A stretch of 63,965 nt of DNA, filler included, from Octopus bimaculoides (taxonomy: Eukaryota), in NCBI RefSeq assembly GCF_001194135.2. It is 8 parts of 7 records of this genome, joined end to end, with 100 filler letters (N's around TTAATTAATTAA, not from the genome) between each part and the next. Parts side by side here need not be neighbours in the genome. Positions count along the whole stretch, not along the records: positions 1 to 2,966 come from NC_069003.1; positions 3,067 to 9,746 come from NC_068982.1; positions 9,847 to 15,762 come from NC_068990.1; 5 more parts are not named here. One strand, 5' to 3'. The notes under the pieces were generated by a model. The model was given only the letters and a program-made list of their open reading frames with translations, had not been told where the DNA came from and searched no databases. Shown in pieces: positions 1-13,380 of the stretch. Numbering within the stretch: position 1 is the stretch's first letter; every line of letters starts with the position of its first letter. A program made the position numbers and the translations under genes.

Positions 1-82
1 GGCTATAGTAAAAGATACTTTCTCAAGGTTACTGAACCCGGAACCATGTCGTTGGGGAGCAAGCTGCTTACCACACAGCCAC
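1..82 (-). mobile_element. tRNA-derived SINE family A, 5' part
   Basis: Reverse complement of the head seen at 29736, 32001 and 58351 (gtggctgtgtggtaag...ccgggttcag). Confidence 0.75.
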
Positions 83-112
83 TCCTACATACATACATAC
101 ATACATACATAC

Positions 113-259
113 ACGTGAGGGAGTGCTGAAAAGTTCCTAGCCTTGAGTAAAAGAAAATAGTGAAGGATGAGTTAGTTATGATTTTACTGAAGATATTTGC
201 CTCACAAATTCACATATTTATTGCCGCAGTCCTTCAGTCTTTTGTAAGCCCAGCAAAGG
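113..259 (+). mobile_element. Mariner-type terminal inverted repeat / MITE end running into a gap
   Basis: acgtgagggagtgctgaaaagttcctagcc resembles mariner TIRs (TACGAGGG...AAAAGTT). The other end is hidden by N. Confidence 0.45.
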
Positions 260-964
260 NNNNNNNNNNNNNNNNNNNNNNNNNNNNNNNNNNNNNNNNN
301 NNNNNNNNNNNNNNNNNNNNNNNNNNNNNNNNNNNNNNNNNNNNNNNNNNNNNNNNNNNNNNNNNNNNNNNNNNNNNNNNNNNNNNNNNNNNNNNNNNNN
401 NNNNNNNNNNNNNNNNNNNNNNNNNNNNNNNNNNNNNNNNNNNNNNNNNNNNNNNNNNNNNNNNNNNNNNNNNNNNNNNNNNNNNNNNNNNNNNNNNNNN
501 NNNNNNNNNNNNNNNNNNNNNNNNNNNNNNNNNNNNNNNNNNNNNNNNNNNNNNNNNNNNNNNNNNNNNNNNNNNNNNNNNNNNNNNNNNNNNNNNNNNN
601 NNNNNNNNNNNNNNNNNNNNNNNNNNNNNNNNNNNNNNNNNNNNNNNNNNNNNNNNNNNNNNNNNNNNNNNNNNNNNNNNNNNNNNNNNNNNNNNNNNNN
701 NNNNNNNNNNNNNNNNNNNNNNNNNNNNNNNNNNNNNNNNNNNNNNNNNNNNNNNNNNNNNNNNNNNNNNNNNNNNNNNNNNNNNNNNNNNNNNNNNNNN
801 NNNNNNNNNNNNNNNNNNNNNNNNNNNNNNNNNNNNNNNNNNNNNNNNNNNNNNNNNNNNNNNNNNNNNNNNNNNNNNNNNNNNNNNNNNNNNNNNNNNN
901 NNNNNNNNNNNNNNNNNNNNNNNNNNNNNNNNNNNNNNNNNNNNNNNNNNNNNNNNNNNNNNNN

Positions 965-1465
965 CACACAAATATCTTGAAATACTAAAGAATAAATTTA
1001 TTCAATGAAATCGCCACTTCGGAATCTGCAACTCTACTCGACGGTCTCCCTGTTTAAGCTGGTGAATGCTGCCATAATCCTTGCCTTGAGTTCATCTTTG
1101 GTGTTGCACGGACTTTTTGTTGGTCTGTCGCTCAACTGCGCCCGACACATAATAATTAAGGGGGTTGCAGTTTGGAGAGTTAGTAGGTCAGATGTTAGGG
1201 GTGATGTGGTCGCAGAAATTGTCTGACAGCCATGACTGGGTTCTCCTGGCTGTGTGGCACGGTGCAAAGTCCTGTTGCCAGACATACGGTGTTCCAGAAG
1301 CCACCCTCTTGATCCAGGAAAGCACTACATATTCTCTGATGATGAAATATCCCATACTCGGGTATATCCCAGAAACAGCTGTAAGACTTTGAATTTTTTC
1401 CAATAATAATATTATATACGACACAAGATGTTTGCTTTGCCTTAATGTTTGTTGTCCTCTTTAAC
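965..1465 (-). mobile_element. ITm DD37D (maT) transposase C-terminal relic
   Basis: Minus strand YVWQQDFAPCHTARRTQSWLSDNFCDHITPNI*P, frameshift, then NSPNCNPLNYY. About 37 residues lie between the 2nd D and the decayed 3rd D position. Confidence 0.8.
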
Positions 1466-1524
1466 AATTATATACTTACATACATTTAAAATTCAAATTA
1501 TCATTATCATTAACATTCAAATTA

Positions 1525-1728
1525 ACATTATCCAGGAAGCGGTTCATAAATGGCTGCGCGACCAGCCGAAAAGCTTCTCCGATGGAATAAGCAGGCTTGT
1601 GGACCGCTGGTAGATGTGCATTGTAAAGCAAGGAGACTATGTCGAACAATGATGTCATTGTTCATCTCCTGATTTTGTTTAAATAAATTACAGAAACAAG
1701 AGTGCGCATAATGTTTGACAACCTCATA
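1525..1728 (+). mobile_element. Mariner (DD34D-type) transposase 3' end relic
   Basis: IQEAVHKWLRDQPKSFSDGISRLVDRW*MCIVKQGDYVEQ* is the typical mariner C-terminus, followed by a TIR-like end and a TA run. Confidence 0.75.
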
Positions 1729-2516
1729 TATATATATATATAACTGAAACGTCTAGTAAGCGTCTAAATACTCCGTGTTGATTTCCACTCATTCCCAATG
1801 TTAGCATTCAACCTTCTATAAACAAGCTTTCCTCTTGTTACTCCCCGTCTTTCTTCCACCTTATTCACTCTTGTAATTATTGTCCTTCGCTCTCGAAACT
1901 CTCGTTCCTGTTTCCCCCTCAACACCAGCAAACGACTGCTCACCTCTGTCGAACCGACGGGAGATCGGCATGGAACATTACACTTCTCTTCTTCCCTGTG
2001 GTATAAATATTTATTCCAGTTTTATATACACATACACACNNNNNNNNNNNNNNNNNNNNNNNNNNNNNNNNNNNNNNNNNNNNNNNNNNNNNNNNNNNNN
2101 NNNNNNNNNNNNNNNNNNNNNNNNNNNNNNNNNNNNNNNTTTTCCTAAATTATTTTGTAAAAATGAAATTGAGTATGCTTATTTCTTAGCATTTGAACTG
2201 TTAGATTTATTTTCGCAATTTATCCAGTACAACCCTTAAACAAGTAAATAGTATTTTCCTAAACAATACATCCACTTATTTCGGTTAGTGACTTATTCAC
2301 GAATATATCTACACTAGCGCCCCTGAGGGTAACATTCTCTGGGAACGCACAAAATCCCTTTTCAGTTATTTGCTTTGAATTATTATCTCATATCTGATTA
2401 GCCTGTTATTACGTAACATGCTCCACGATTTTAGTATACATACCTTATTAGTACTTCCTCCTGTGCTCTATATACTCTGGGAACGCCATAAAGCGCTTTT
2501 CGGGGCTACTTTATTA

Positions 2517-2656
2517 GACACCTGATGAAGGCTGGAGGGTATATCAGCCGCCGAAACGTTGTGTTAACAACAGACAAGATGAGGACGAATATCCGTCAAA
2601 TGTAAATAATGTAAATAATGTACATAATTCTTCATCTCTTAAATATAGAACTGTAT
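2517..2656 (+). mobile_element. Penelope-like element (PLE) terminal segment with hammerhead motif, copy 1
   Basis: Near-identical to 16077-16204. Contains CTGATGA-AGGCTG...CAGCC-(GCC)-GAAACGTT-GTGTT. Confidence 0.65.
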
Positions 2657-2870
2657 TGATTTTTTACAGGTGTTTAGGATTTGCTTTCGGGTGCTTTCGG
2701 AAAAGCTATCTTTTCCGAAATCTAACGAACCCACTGTCAAAGCGAAAGGAGAAAAGGAAAACGAAAGAATCGTATCAGTATGCCATTTTTTTGTATAGAG
2801 GTTGGTCATCTATTTTTTTAGCCACCAGCCTTAAGCCATTCGCATTTTTTTTTACAATGATGATGATGAC

Positions 2871-2916
<46 letters not shown>

Positions 2917-2966
2917 GAGGAGGAGAAGAAGAAAAAGAAGAAGAAGAAGAAGAAGAAGAAGAAGAG

Positions 2967-3066
2967 NNNNNNNNNNNNNNNNNNNNNNNNNNNNNNNNNN
3001 NNNNNNNNNNTTAATTAATTAANNNNNNNNNNNNNNNNNNNNNNNNNNNNNNNNNNNNNNNNNNNN
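2967..3066. other. Artificial scaffold gap: 44 N + TTAATTAATTAA + 44 N (also centred at 9791, 15807, 20719, 40784, 53622, 56105)
   Basis: Identical 100-bp layout seven times. The 12-mer puts stops in all six frames. Confidence 0.95.
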
Positions 3067-4071
3067 TATATATATATATATATATGTATGTATATACTTA
3101 CGCTCAATGAAAAGAAAGACCAAAACATGTAAAGATAAACAAGCATTCCATGAATGTCTTCCAGACTGTAATTATCTTCCATCTTTAAAAAAAAATTCAA
3201 TAAATCTCAGGTTATCTTTCGAAAAAGGATGAAACAGTGCCAAACATAGTTACCAATGACCAGTAATTTTAAGAGTCTTTAGTAAAATTTCATAAATGTT
3301 AGATAAAAAAAGCTTGTACATGTTCACTCTATTGAGAAGTATAGATACAGCACAACTTTATTTTTAGTAGCAGTTCTTTCCGTGCCACGCCGTTTTTAAT
3401 GCACTGCATGCATATGATTGATCCCCGGACTTATCCTTTGTAAGCATAGTGCTCATCCCCCCCCCCTTTACAGTTCTCTATCTGCCCCTCTCTCTCCCTC
3501 ACTCTTCCTCTTTGAATCACTGGTTGCTCACAGGTGACCAGCGGCCATCTTTCATCTTCTAACTCGAATTTCTTTCTTTCTTCTCGTTCAGCTACAGGGA
3601 TAGCACGCATTTTGCCTGTCTCCTGTCAAAGGTTGTTTCTCCAATGTTCAGCACTTCACCACGTTATAGCTTAACAGCCCTTACCGTTTATTTTCACTGA
3701 CCTGTTTTTGTTACCAAATTTGACCCTCCGCAAATCCCAAGTTTTATTTAATTTGCTTGGCGGGAGCAACTGTTTTGACGAAGATGCATCTTGTCCTAAT
3801 GCTCGAAACGGGGAGTAGATAAAACAGTGGACAACTGATGAAGGGATTGTTCTTTATGTTGCCTGGAACTTTTCAGCATCCCATTGTATGTGTGTGTGTA
3901 TATATGTATATATATATATATNNNNNNNNNNNNNNNNNNNNNNNNNNNNNNNNNNNNNNNNNNNNNNNNNNNNNNNNNNNNNNNNNNNNNNNNNNNNNNN
4001 NNNNNNGTGTTGGTGGTGACGTCGGTGGTGACGTCGTATGGTTTAGACATTTTGACATCTGTTTTTATATA

Positions 4072-4106
<35 letters not shown>

Positions 4107-4169
4107 GTGTATGTATGCATGTATGTATGTATGTCTGTATGTATAGACACACACAAACACCGACACACA

Positions 4170-4704
4170 TAGTAATGCCTCGTTATACAAGTTAATTTGT
4201 ACCCGGAAACCGCTCGTAAACCGAAAACTTGTAAAGCAGAGCAATAATTTCCCATAGTAGCAATGTTAAAAATTGTAATTCGTTCCCAGAAAAATATCTT
4301 ATTTCTAAAATTTATAATATTCCTAAATAAATGGCAATAAAACAACAGCAGAATGTAAAGAATATTTTATGTAAGGTAAGAAGCATATCAAGATCACTTA
4401 TAATAACAAAAAAATATTATTATAATCATTTTGTGAATGACTTTGACTCGCTCTAGACTCGCGCACATCACTTGTATACGCGATCGCCGATTCACAAGCA
4501 CTCGTAGACGTACTTATAGATTTATTTAAAAAAAACATGTCTAGATCTGTTTGCTTAGAAAGAACTTATTTCGATCTCTATAAATTTCTCGGCAATACGC
4601 AGAAGGATTTGTTATGGTAGTAGAAATTTTATAGTTCGTTGAAAATTTGGATCTTGTGCTTAAAAATAAAGCTTGTAAACCCGGGGTCTCATAAAGTTAG
4701 GTAT

Positions 4705-4709
<5 letters not shown>
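4170..4709. mobile_element. pogo/Tigger-like non-autonomous element (MITE)
   Basis: Imperfect TIRs tagtaatgcctcg... / ...aggtattacta next to TA. The left end (AGTAATGCCTCGTTATAC...GCTCGTAAACCGAAAA) has a Tigger-like structure. Confidence 0.45.
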
Positions 4710-4756
<47 letters not shown>

Positions 4757-5059
4757 CGCGACTCTCTCTATCTCTCTCTCTCTCTCTCTCTCCCTCACTC
4801 TCTCTCTCTCTATCTCTAAATCTATCTCCCCCTCTCATTCTTCCCTCTACTGTTCTTCGCCTCTCCCTGTCACTACTATCTCTCTCTCTCTATCTCTCGC
4901 TGCTCGTCCTTCGCCTCTCAATGTTACTACTACTATCTCTCTCCCTCTCTACCTCCTGTTGCTCATTTTCGTTCTTAGACTCCTCAAGCTCGCACGTACT
5001 TCTTTGCTCCTCCAGTTCGTGCCTCACAGCGTTCAATACATACACACTTCCCGTCTGGC

Positions 5060-5400
5060 TGTACAGCCTTTTTGTTTGTTTATTTCACCGTTTCGTTTTC
5101 CTGTCTTGTTTTCCGTCCGCCACTACCCTCCATGAAAACAATTTAATTTGTGTTCGTGGGAAGAACCATTTTAACGATGCGTACTGCCTTAATTCTTCGA
5201 AACGGCGGGGTTTTAATGGTGGCAGCTGATGAAGGGGTTGTTTCTATGTGTCCTGCTTGTTTGTTGCACCTTGTTTACCATTTTGTCCATATTTTTTTGC
5301 CACGTCATGCACCCAGTTATGTATCTATATGTACATGTGGATGAAGGTATATACATACATGTACATATATATGCATATACTCATATATTGTTTATATACA
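5060..5400 (+). repeat. Dispersed repeat (probably PLE-derived); related copies at about 3780-3885 (+) and 29350-29700 (-)
   Basis: Shared cgaaac...ggcagctgatgaagg...gtgtcctg block with colinear flanks between 5060-5400 and the reverse complement of 29350-29700. Confidence 0.6.
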
Positions 5401-6224
5401 TATACTTCAGAGAAAAACACTCGAATATATAGTATAATAAGAAACTATCTAAGTGACAAGGGAGAAAGAAAGGAAGTTCATTATCAATTTTCTCGTTAAC
5501 TTGTCTTTTATATAATCACTTACATGATTTAACTTCGGACAATGTAACCTTCATATAATTAACAATAATGTGCCTTAACAATGTACCTTCATATAATTAA
5601 GGTATTTTCAGCCTGACGAGTAGCTAACTGAGTACCTTTCGTTGAGTAATTATTACAACAGAGGATCTGCTAGCTAGGAAATATATGTTACCTGGATCTC
5701 ACTTGCTCCACTCCCTCAATTTGTATAATTATATATATATAATTTTTATATTTAGGGTGGGTCATTACGTCTATGATAATAAACACACGCATTGGTTCAG
5801 GTTCCCTCCTTATTGTTAGTCATTTGTTTTGTTACTTAACCAACTAACTCATCTATCATTTGTTTAATTCGTTAAACAATCAATCAGTTGTTTGCCAATG
5901 TCCTTGCATCACTGTTCGCGACCTCATCATTGACATGCTTCCTCGGGTCTGTTTTGAGTCTTTCTTCTTGTATTTCGTTGAATTCGTAAACGCGCACAAG
6001 ATCTCATATGAATACAAGTTCTATCCAAAAGAAATTGAACTTTTTATACAGCGCACAAAATATCCAACAAAATGTGCTTGCGAATGATGTGGCGTGTATG
6101 AGAAACCTCGACTTTCAGCCCAATTGTAACCACAGCAGGCCGCTACATTTACACATCGAGTAATATGTACACTTGGCGATTTATCGCAAGATGTATACTA
6201 AGAGATTTCGAATTACTATGCCTT

Positions 6225-6840
6225 TTTGTGAAATGCTGTTTGAAGTTTCGAAAACATTTACGAAGTTTTTTTTAAAGCTGCAACAGGCTATAGAAAGGAT
6301 TGTTTTAGCAGTGTGCACTGTCACGTGTTATAATTGTTTAAAATCAAGGTGAACATCCACTGAACTCGAAAGCAAATCTGGGCGACCTTTCACCAGATTG
6401 GAATGCGAAAGAGCACCAATTCCGTGATAAAAATTTCTGGCCACATACCTTTATAAGGATTAATTGAAGTTGTCTTGTTTACCTCAAAATTTCTCCTTCG
6501 TTTACTGACAATTGAACACGAAAAAAGAGTCATAATGACTTTGAATTTTCGAATATTGATGGACGTTTTTCTAAAATGTAATAACAAGTGACGTGAGCGG
6601 GGTGGTAGCTTCTCAGACGAAAAAAACCCCCCCGCAGTTGTCACACTATGTAGGATAATCGTCACAGCGACAAGAAAAAGCCCGCTAGGTGCAGAAGTAA
6701 TGTTGGTCATCTCTTTTGACTAGAAGGGTGTCATCTACAATGATTTGTTTTACATGGTCAGATAAACAATACACAATTTTATTTGAATGTTCTGAGAAAT
6801 TTGAGAGCAGTAATAGAAAAGAAAATGGCTGAGGCACAGA
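6225..6840 (+). mobile_element. Highly decayed mariner transposase
   Basis: Fragments ...ELESKSGRPS, SKFLLRLLT (cf. WVPRLLT) and VMLVISFD*KGVIY (cf. KVMLxVFFDxKGVVH), with many stops and frameshifts. Confidence 0.55.
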
Positions 6841-9701
6841 CAACGCACCTGCTCACACGACAATTCTTTATCTATGTATTTTTGACTCTCATTTCCACTC
6901 ATAATACATACAGTCCAGAGTTAGTTTCTTCGGACATTGCTTTGTTCTAAAATTTGAAATCCTCCTGGCTTTATCACCCATGTTAGACAATAGAACAAAT
7001 CAGAAAACATTCGCTACGAAAAGTGTGCAATACACCTGAAAATGCATTTCAAAATATGAAAATAATATTAAAACTTAAGAATGGAATAAGCAATTTTGAA
7101 GGAGACTAGCCTGTTTAACTCGTAAGTAAATGTATAACTCAGTTACTTTCTGAAGAAAATTCGTAGAGTGGAGAAATTAAATAGAAAAGTGTGAACTTAT
7201 AACGATCTTATCTATTCTATGAAGCTTTCGAACGGACGTAGGTGAACAATTAGTGGCTACAGCTTGGTATTATCTAGAAGGACAATCAAAATGCAACTGA
7301 AATCATTCCATAATGTTTGTATAGCAATAGTAATCTATCGACGTCCGAAACATTGCCCACTTGATCTGATAAATATAATAGCTTAATTTCCCTCAAACTA
7401 CAAAGTAACAACGGATCATTGTATAATGTAGCCCAAGATACAATACCTAAAAACGAAACGGAGTGATCATGACTCGTAATTTGTTGGATGAAATATGATG
7501 GTAACTACAACAATAGAGGAACAAAGAATTATAACAAAATCATTTAGTCTACTAATATCTATCAATTGCTTCATATTCGTCACTACACAAACTCATAATC
7601 ACGCATGCACACATGAAGACACGCTCATAATTCAGACTTGCACACATACATACACAAATAAAGCATCTCTATGTATGCATTTGCAATAAGGATAATAATT
7701 ATATTTTATGCTTTTATGAATATATACGCCTACGTGCTAGCTTGCAATGCCATTATGAAAGAAAATGAAAACGACGTTAGAAACTTAAGAGTAGTACAAA
7801 TGAAAACAATTCTATATTTCAATTATCACAGAAATGATTCAATGATCTATAAATCAAAAGCATGTCGCTAGAAGTTATCGATTAAAACATCAATATCAAA
7901 TGATTATGCGAGACCAAACATTGTTCTACTGGCCAGCAAGAATAGCCATCGAAATGTAGCAGAAATCATAGATTAGCAAGTTAATGTCTATAGAAAAGTT
8001 AATGAGAAGCATGTAAATTTTATAAAGAAATTATTGACAGATATTTTGTCTGAAGTTTCTGTGCCATTCTCCTTTGTTTCAAGACGCCTTAATACCTATT
8101 TTAAAAAGTGTAGTTTCAAAATTACGGAACAATGTTGGTTAAATTTCACAATGTAAGTTCATTCTGTTGGTTTGATTTTGAAATTACTATTTTATTCTTT
8201 TTCTTGTTTTAGGACTTCAATTTACTTATTTGCCATCGCCTACGATGAATTAAACCCCAGGCTCTCAATTCTTGATTAGTATTTAATTTAATCGATCACA
8301 GAAAGTTGAAAAACACAGTTGATTTGGACAGAATTTTAAAATGAGAACGTTACAAGGTGCAATGCACTCCGAAGTCTTCAATCCACCAGCCTAAAGCTGA
8401 AAAATCCTGCTAGAATCCGCCCCAACGCCTCTTAATCACTCTAGCATGCTCTCACCACTACATGATTACTATGTCTTCAATTATACGATTGCGCCCAAAA
8501 GTTATGTTTCTTGCTTCTAATTGTAGTCTATATCACAAAAACATCTTCATATGTATACAAAGCGGTATTAGATCCAGTTTATAAATATAGATATTTGCTG
8601 GTCATGAATATTAAAAGTGAGTGACAAATATGTGTTATAAAGGTCTTACCTTTCACATAGGCATGAATAGCAGAAGTGGGAAGAGAAATGTGAAAGAGAA
8701 AAAACAGAAAAGGAAACAGACTGAAAAGGTAAAATAGCAGGAACAAAGGTAACGGTTTGCTACTCTGATTAGGCTATCACATGTTAGACAATTAAAGTTG
8801 TAAGAAGACAGATCAGAGCACAGTAAGTAGTACAGTAACAAAGATGGGTCTAGTACAAGAACTCGGAGGAGGATTAATATAGGAACTTGGAGAGAAGACC
8901 ACGAAAATTCGACTCCTTTGCTCCCAAAAATAGGGGAAAAGGAGATGAGTGATATAATGAAAACCCTTATGCAACTGAGCAGTAGAAATGAGCAGAGACT
9001 ATTGTAGAAGCGATATCACAGACAAAAGCAGAAGGAAATAGGAGAAAATCATATCTGTAAACAAGTGGTTGAGCAAGATTGTGAGTGAAATGAACGTAAA
9101 TCTTTGTCAGACCATTGAAAAGTTTTCTTTTCACAGTCTAACATGTCTGTCTAAGCAACAAGCAGTAGCAGCACCGTCCCAGATATGTTAGCAAATACTC
9201 CACAAGTATAACATGTACCCAGTGCGAAATATGAAACTTAAATTTGATAATCAAGTATTTAAGTGTGGCAATAGTGCCTCTAAAGTGTAATAACATCAAG
9301 ATATATGGCATATGATAAGAGGTCTTTGGGTACATTAATGTTTCTACGATTTTTCCACTTTTTATATTTGCTTTCTTTTTTCTTAACTTTCACGAACATT
9401 TATGAGTTTATGTATAGTTTACCTTATATGTGCGTTCGTATGTGTGTGTACGTGCATGTGTGTGAATGAGTGTATTGGGAAACAAGCGAAAGACAAAATA
9501 GAAAAGTAAGGGTTAGAAACACACGCATAAACACCTCTACATACACACATTCAGGCATATCTCTCATTCACACATTCACATACCCTCGCATATATACATA
9601 TACATGTATGTATGTATGTATGTATGTACGTTTGTATATAAATGTATATATATATATATATATATATATAAATACAGGCATGAATACAGGTACGTACGTA
9701 C

Positions 9702-9746
<45 letters not shown>

Positions 9747-9933
9747 NNNNNNNNNNNNNNNNNNNNNNNNNNNNNNNNNNNNNNNNNNNNTTAATTAATT
9801 AANNNNNNNNNNNNNNNNNNNNNNNNNNNNNNNNNNNNNNNNNNNNAGGAAGTAGAAGAATGGTGAGCAACGAGAGGAAAAAAGAAAAAGAGGAAATACG
9901 AGGGGGAAAAAAGAGATGCGTAGTAGTAATATA

Positions 9934-10004
<71 letters not shown>

Positions 10005-10324
10005 TACATTCAAACACAAGAGAAAACTGCCTTCAACAGGCAGTTTTTACACGCTAGAAGAAGTCGTCAAAACGACCAAAACCACATTTAAGAGCAATCT
10101 TCAAAAGGAATGATAAATAAAATCGATTACCCTCTTATTTTATTCCGGTCAGACCTAGGTTTCAAGTGTTTTTTAGCAAGTAGAATAATTTGCTTGGCGA
10201 ATTTCTCATCAGTGACCGCGCCACAACACTAACATATAATTAAGAGATGAATAATACGTCTCTCATCGTTATACATTATAATTTTTCAAATTCACCGCAC
10301 AAGCGCAGTATATATATAATATAC

Positions 10325-10369
<45 letters not shown>

Positions 10370-10480
10370 TATGTGTGTCTGTGTGTGTGGAGAGAGAGAG
10401 AGGAAGTTAGAAAAAAGGGGAGAGAGAGAGAGAAAGACAGATGTTTTAAATTTCATTACATTATTAAATATATCTTTGTA

Positions 10481-10655
10481 AAAACCAGTTTGTCTGAAAC
10501 TCAACCATTGTTCATCACACCATAGAATTGTGATGAGCCATAACCTTGGACCCTGCCATAAGAATTCTTGAAGTTCTTCAGTAATCTAAACAATAGCCTG
10601 GTGCGCCAACAGAAAACGTATGAAGTATTTTGCCGGATTGATAAATCCCTCTCTA
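10481..10655 (+). repeat. Dispersed repeat, diverged copy at 13567-13745
   Basis: Colinear aaaacagtttgtctg...tagaattgtga..gagccataa...aatctaaac...tggtg.gccaacag...gattgataa..cc.ctcta in both places. Confidence 0.65.
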
Positions 10656-11005
10656 ATAAGTAGTATCTTCAAACAATGCGAATAAATATAAGGGTTATGC
10701 AGTTTAACTGGATTTCGAAAAGACGAAAATTAAGAGAATATCGTTGAAATGTTGGGACAATATGAAAATATATTTGACGTTCGAAATGAATTACATATTT
10801 ATAACATGATAAGCACCATGTTACGTAGGTGTTCAAAAACGGAGATCAATTTTAGTGGATTTTAACTGTCTTCGAGTTGAAAACGTTTCTTCACGTCTGT
10901 TTAATAAAGACACTTGCCTTCAAGAATCATATTGCTTTCTCGATTTAAAAAGATGTAGTCGTTCGCCCCTTCCTTCTCTCTGCGTTTCCTCTATGCATGC
11001 AAATA

Positions 11006-11041
<36 letters not shown>

Positions 11042-11608
11042 TATTCGCATATACANNNNNNNNNNNNNNNNNNNNNNNNNNNNNNNNNNNNNNNNNNNNN
11101 NNNNNNNNNNNNNNNNNNNNNNNNNNNNNNNNNNNNNNNNNNNNNNNNNATATATACTGTATATACATGTATATACATATCTATACGTATATGTGTCTAT
11201 ATACTTATATTTATGTTTACATTACGCTGTTTAATTTACTTAGACTATATAACGTGACATTAATCTGGATTATTTTTAGGTAATTGAATATATGTATAAA
11301 CATGTACATGTATGCAGGTATGTATGTATGAATGTATGTATGTATGTATGTATGTATGTATGTATGGATGGATGGATGGATGGATGGATGGATGGATGGA
11401 TGGATGGGTGCATTATAATTAGCTACCTACAATGAACCTATACACAGTACATATTTACTTCTATAAACCTAAGCCCGCAGGTGTGTTTCTTTGTGTGTTT
11501 ACCAATAAACAATTCCCTGTGACCTATATACACCAAAACTTGACTGAATCTAAATTGAAATGTTTCAGCATTACTTACAGTCTTTATTTATAGTCCATTA
11601 TTATGGGG

Positions 11609-12190
11609 CAGTATCCAAACGAGAGTATAGAGTGGAAACATCCTAGCTCGCGAGCGACAAAGAAATTCAAGACTCAGTCTTCCGGGAGAAAGGTAATACC
11701 AACTCTTTTTTGCAAACCAAAAGGGCCTATACTGGAAGACCTGGAAAGGGGTGGTGGTTAACGATCAACAGTGCGAGATACAGTGCTTTGCTGGACGGCA
11801 AACTGAAGCCAGAAATTCGCACCAAACGCCGAAACATATTGTCGAAGAAAGCTTTGTTGCTGCTTGACAATGCACGCCCACACACGGGTGCCCAGACCGT
11901 TGAAAACATTTACCGATTGGGTTTTGAAGTGCTGGAACTTCCTGCTTACAGCCCAGATCTCACCCTTTCTATCATATATTTAGACCGTTCAAAGATGGTT
12001 TACGAGGTCGTCGATTTTCTACGGATGAAGATGTGAAGGAAGCGGTGCATAAATGGTCGCATGACCAACCAAAAACCTTCTTGGAGGGAATACGCAAGCT
12101 TGTGAACCGCTGGACCAAGAGCATCAGAAAGGAAAGAGACTATATAGAAAAATAACGTACTTGTTTATCCCCTGCTTTTGTGTCAATACN
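11609..12190 (+). mobile_element. Mariner DD34D transposase catalytic-domain relic
   Basis: EWKHPSS..TKKFKTQ, LLLLDNARPHTG...LELPAYSPDLT and DEDVKEAVHKW...QPKTF..GIRKLVNRWTK...DYIEK*. D-to-D spacing is about 34. Confidence 0.85.
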
Positions 12191-13182
12191 NNNNNNNNNN
12201 NNNNNNNNNNNNNNNNNNNNNNNNNNNNNNNNNNNNNNNNNNNNNNNNNNNNNNNNNNNNNNNNNNNNNNNNNNNNNNNNNNNNNNNNNNNNNNNNNNNN
12301 NNNNNNNNNNNNNNNNNNNNNNNNNNNNNNNNNNNNNNNNNNNNNNNNNNNNNNNNNNNNNNNNNNNNNNNNNNNNNNNNNNNNNNNNNNNTATATATAC
12401 ATGTGTATATATGTATGTGTAGCCCGTACCTGTATGTGTGTGTGTGCGTGCATGCCCTTTTGCGTTTTTGTATTATGCAAAAAACGCAAGCGGCAGAGAT
12501 ATATTTGTAAAATATCCACAGCCCATCGCTAATTTCATAATCAGTAGGAAGACATCATGTGAAAGCAAACATAATTGAATAATTAAAACAATGCACAAAA
12601 ATGTATATTTTGTGTAAGAATATAATTTCGAATAACAACATTTGACAATATATTTATCTACAGCAACAATTATTTTCTCTCAGCAGAGTCGACTCTGTTT
12701 TAAACGGTACGACTAAATAAATTCACATTGATAAACAAAGATCCGTGAGTTCCATTTTGTTAAAGGAAGACTCTGGTTTGTTTTATTAGGTTCTTAACTT
12801 TATAATATCTTCCCTAACTGTTTACATCGTTGACAGTGTGAATAAATTTCTTGCAGGGACCATGCGAGATTTTTTTTTGTTTCTTCTCAAAATTTATCAT
12901 AAACAAGACAAATGACGCCATCACATCGTTCTGTGAATAATAACTACGTTAATACCATTGTCTGAAGGTTTCATTCGGCAGACGATTTTACTCACGAATA
13001 TTTTGGAAAGTATCAAACGTTTCAAGTATTGATTTCTCATATTGAAGCTATAGAACAACTTTTAAGGAAGGGAATCATAACTAACTAATATTAATTGGGA
13101 CCTAATGAAGAACATGCAAATGGTCACTCCGCTAACTAGAAATAGCAGCCATATGTGTATGTGTACATATGTACGTATGTGT

Positions 13183-13227
<45 letters not shown>

Positions 13228-13344
13228 CTTCGTTTTGGGATCAGCTCTACTTTATCTCCCCTTCTTCCTAGCTCTCCTGTCTTACCACCTCTGTCCGGCC
13301 ATCGCCATGATTGACCGCTAGCTACTGTTTATTTTCTCGAGTTC

Positions 13345-13380
13345 CTTTCTGTTGAAGAGCGTAGGTTCGAAACGTAAAAC
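13345..13380 (+). ncRNA. Degenerate minimal hammerhead motif in a PLE-type repeat (related copies 14141-14176 +, 18087-18123 -)
   Basis: CTTT-CTGTTGA-A-GAGC GTAG GTTC-GAAA-CG-TA-AAA. The core deviates from CUGANGA in each copy at a different position. Confidence 0.45.

Noticed and set aside
160-1008. Long ORFs spanning N-runs (here and at about 21837, 25326, 27882, 43053, 57045, 59081)
   Set aside because: They are open only because N codons contain no stops.
3011-3022. Recurrent TTAATTAATTAA motif as a biological element
   Set aside because: It is always centred in a 44N+12+44N gap, so it is an assembly linker.
5185-5245. GAAA…CTGATGA order as a type II hammerhead (also about 3800 and 29520)
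   Set aside because: There is no room for a stem I hairpin, no UH triplet, and stem II pairing is poor.
8645-8725. Minus-strand exon-like segment with a GTAAG donor
   Set aside because: The product is low-complexity Ser/Phe-rich, has no partner exons and is opposite to the supported gene.
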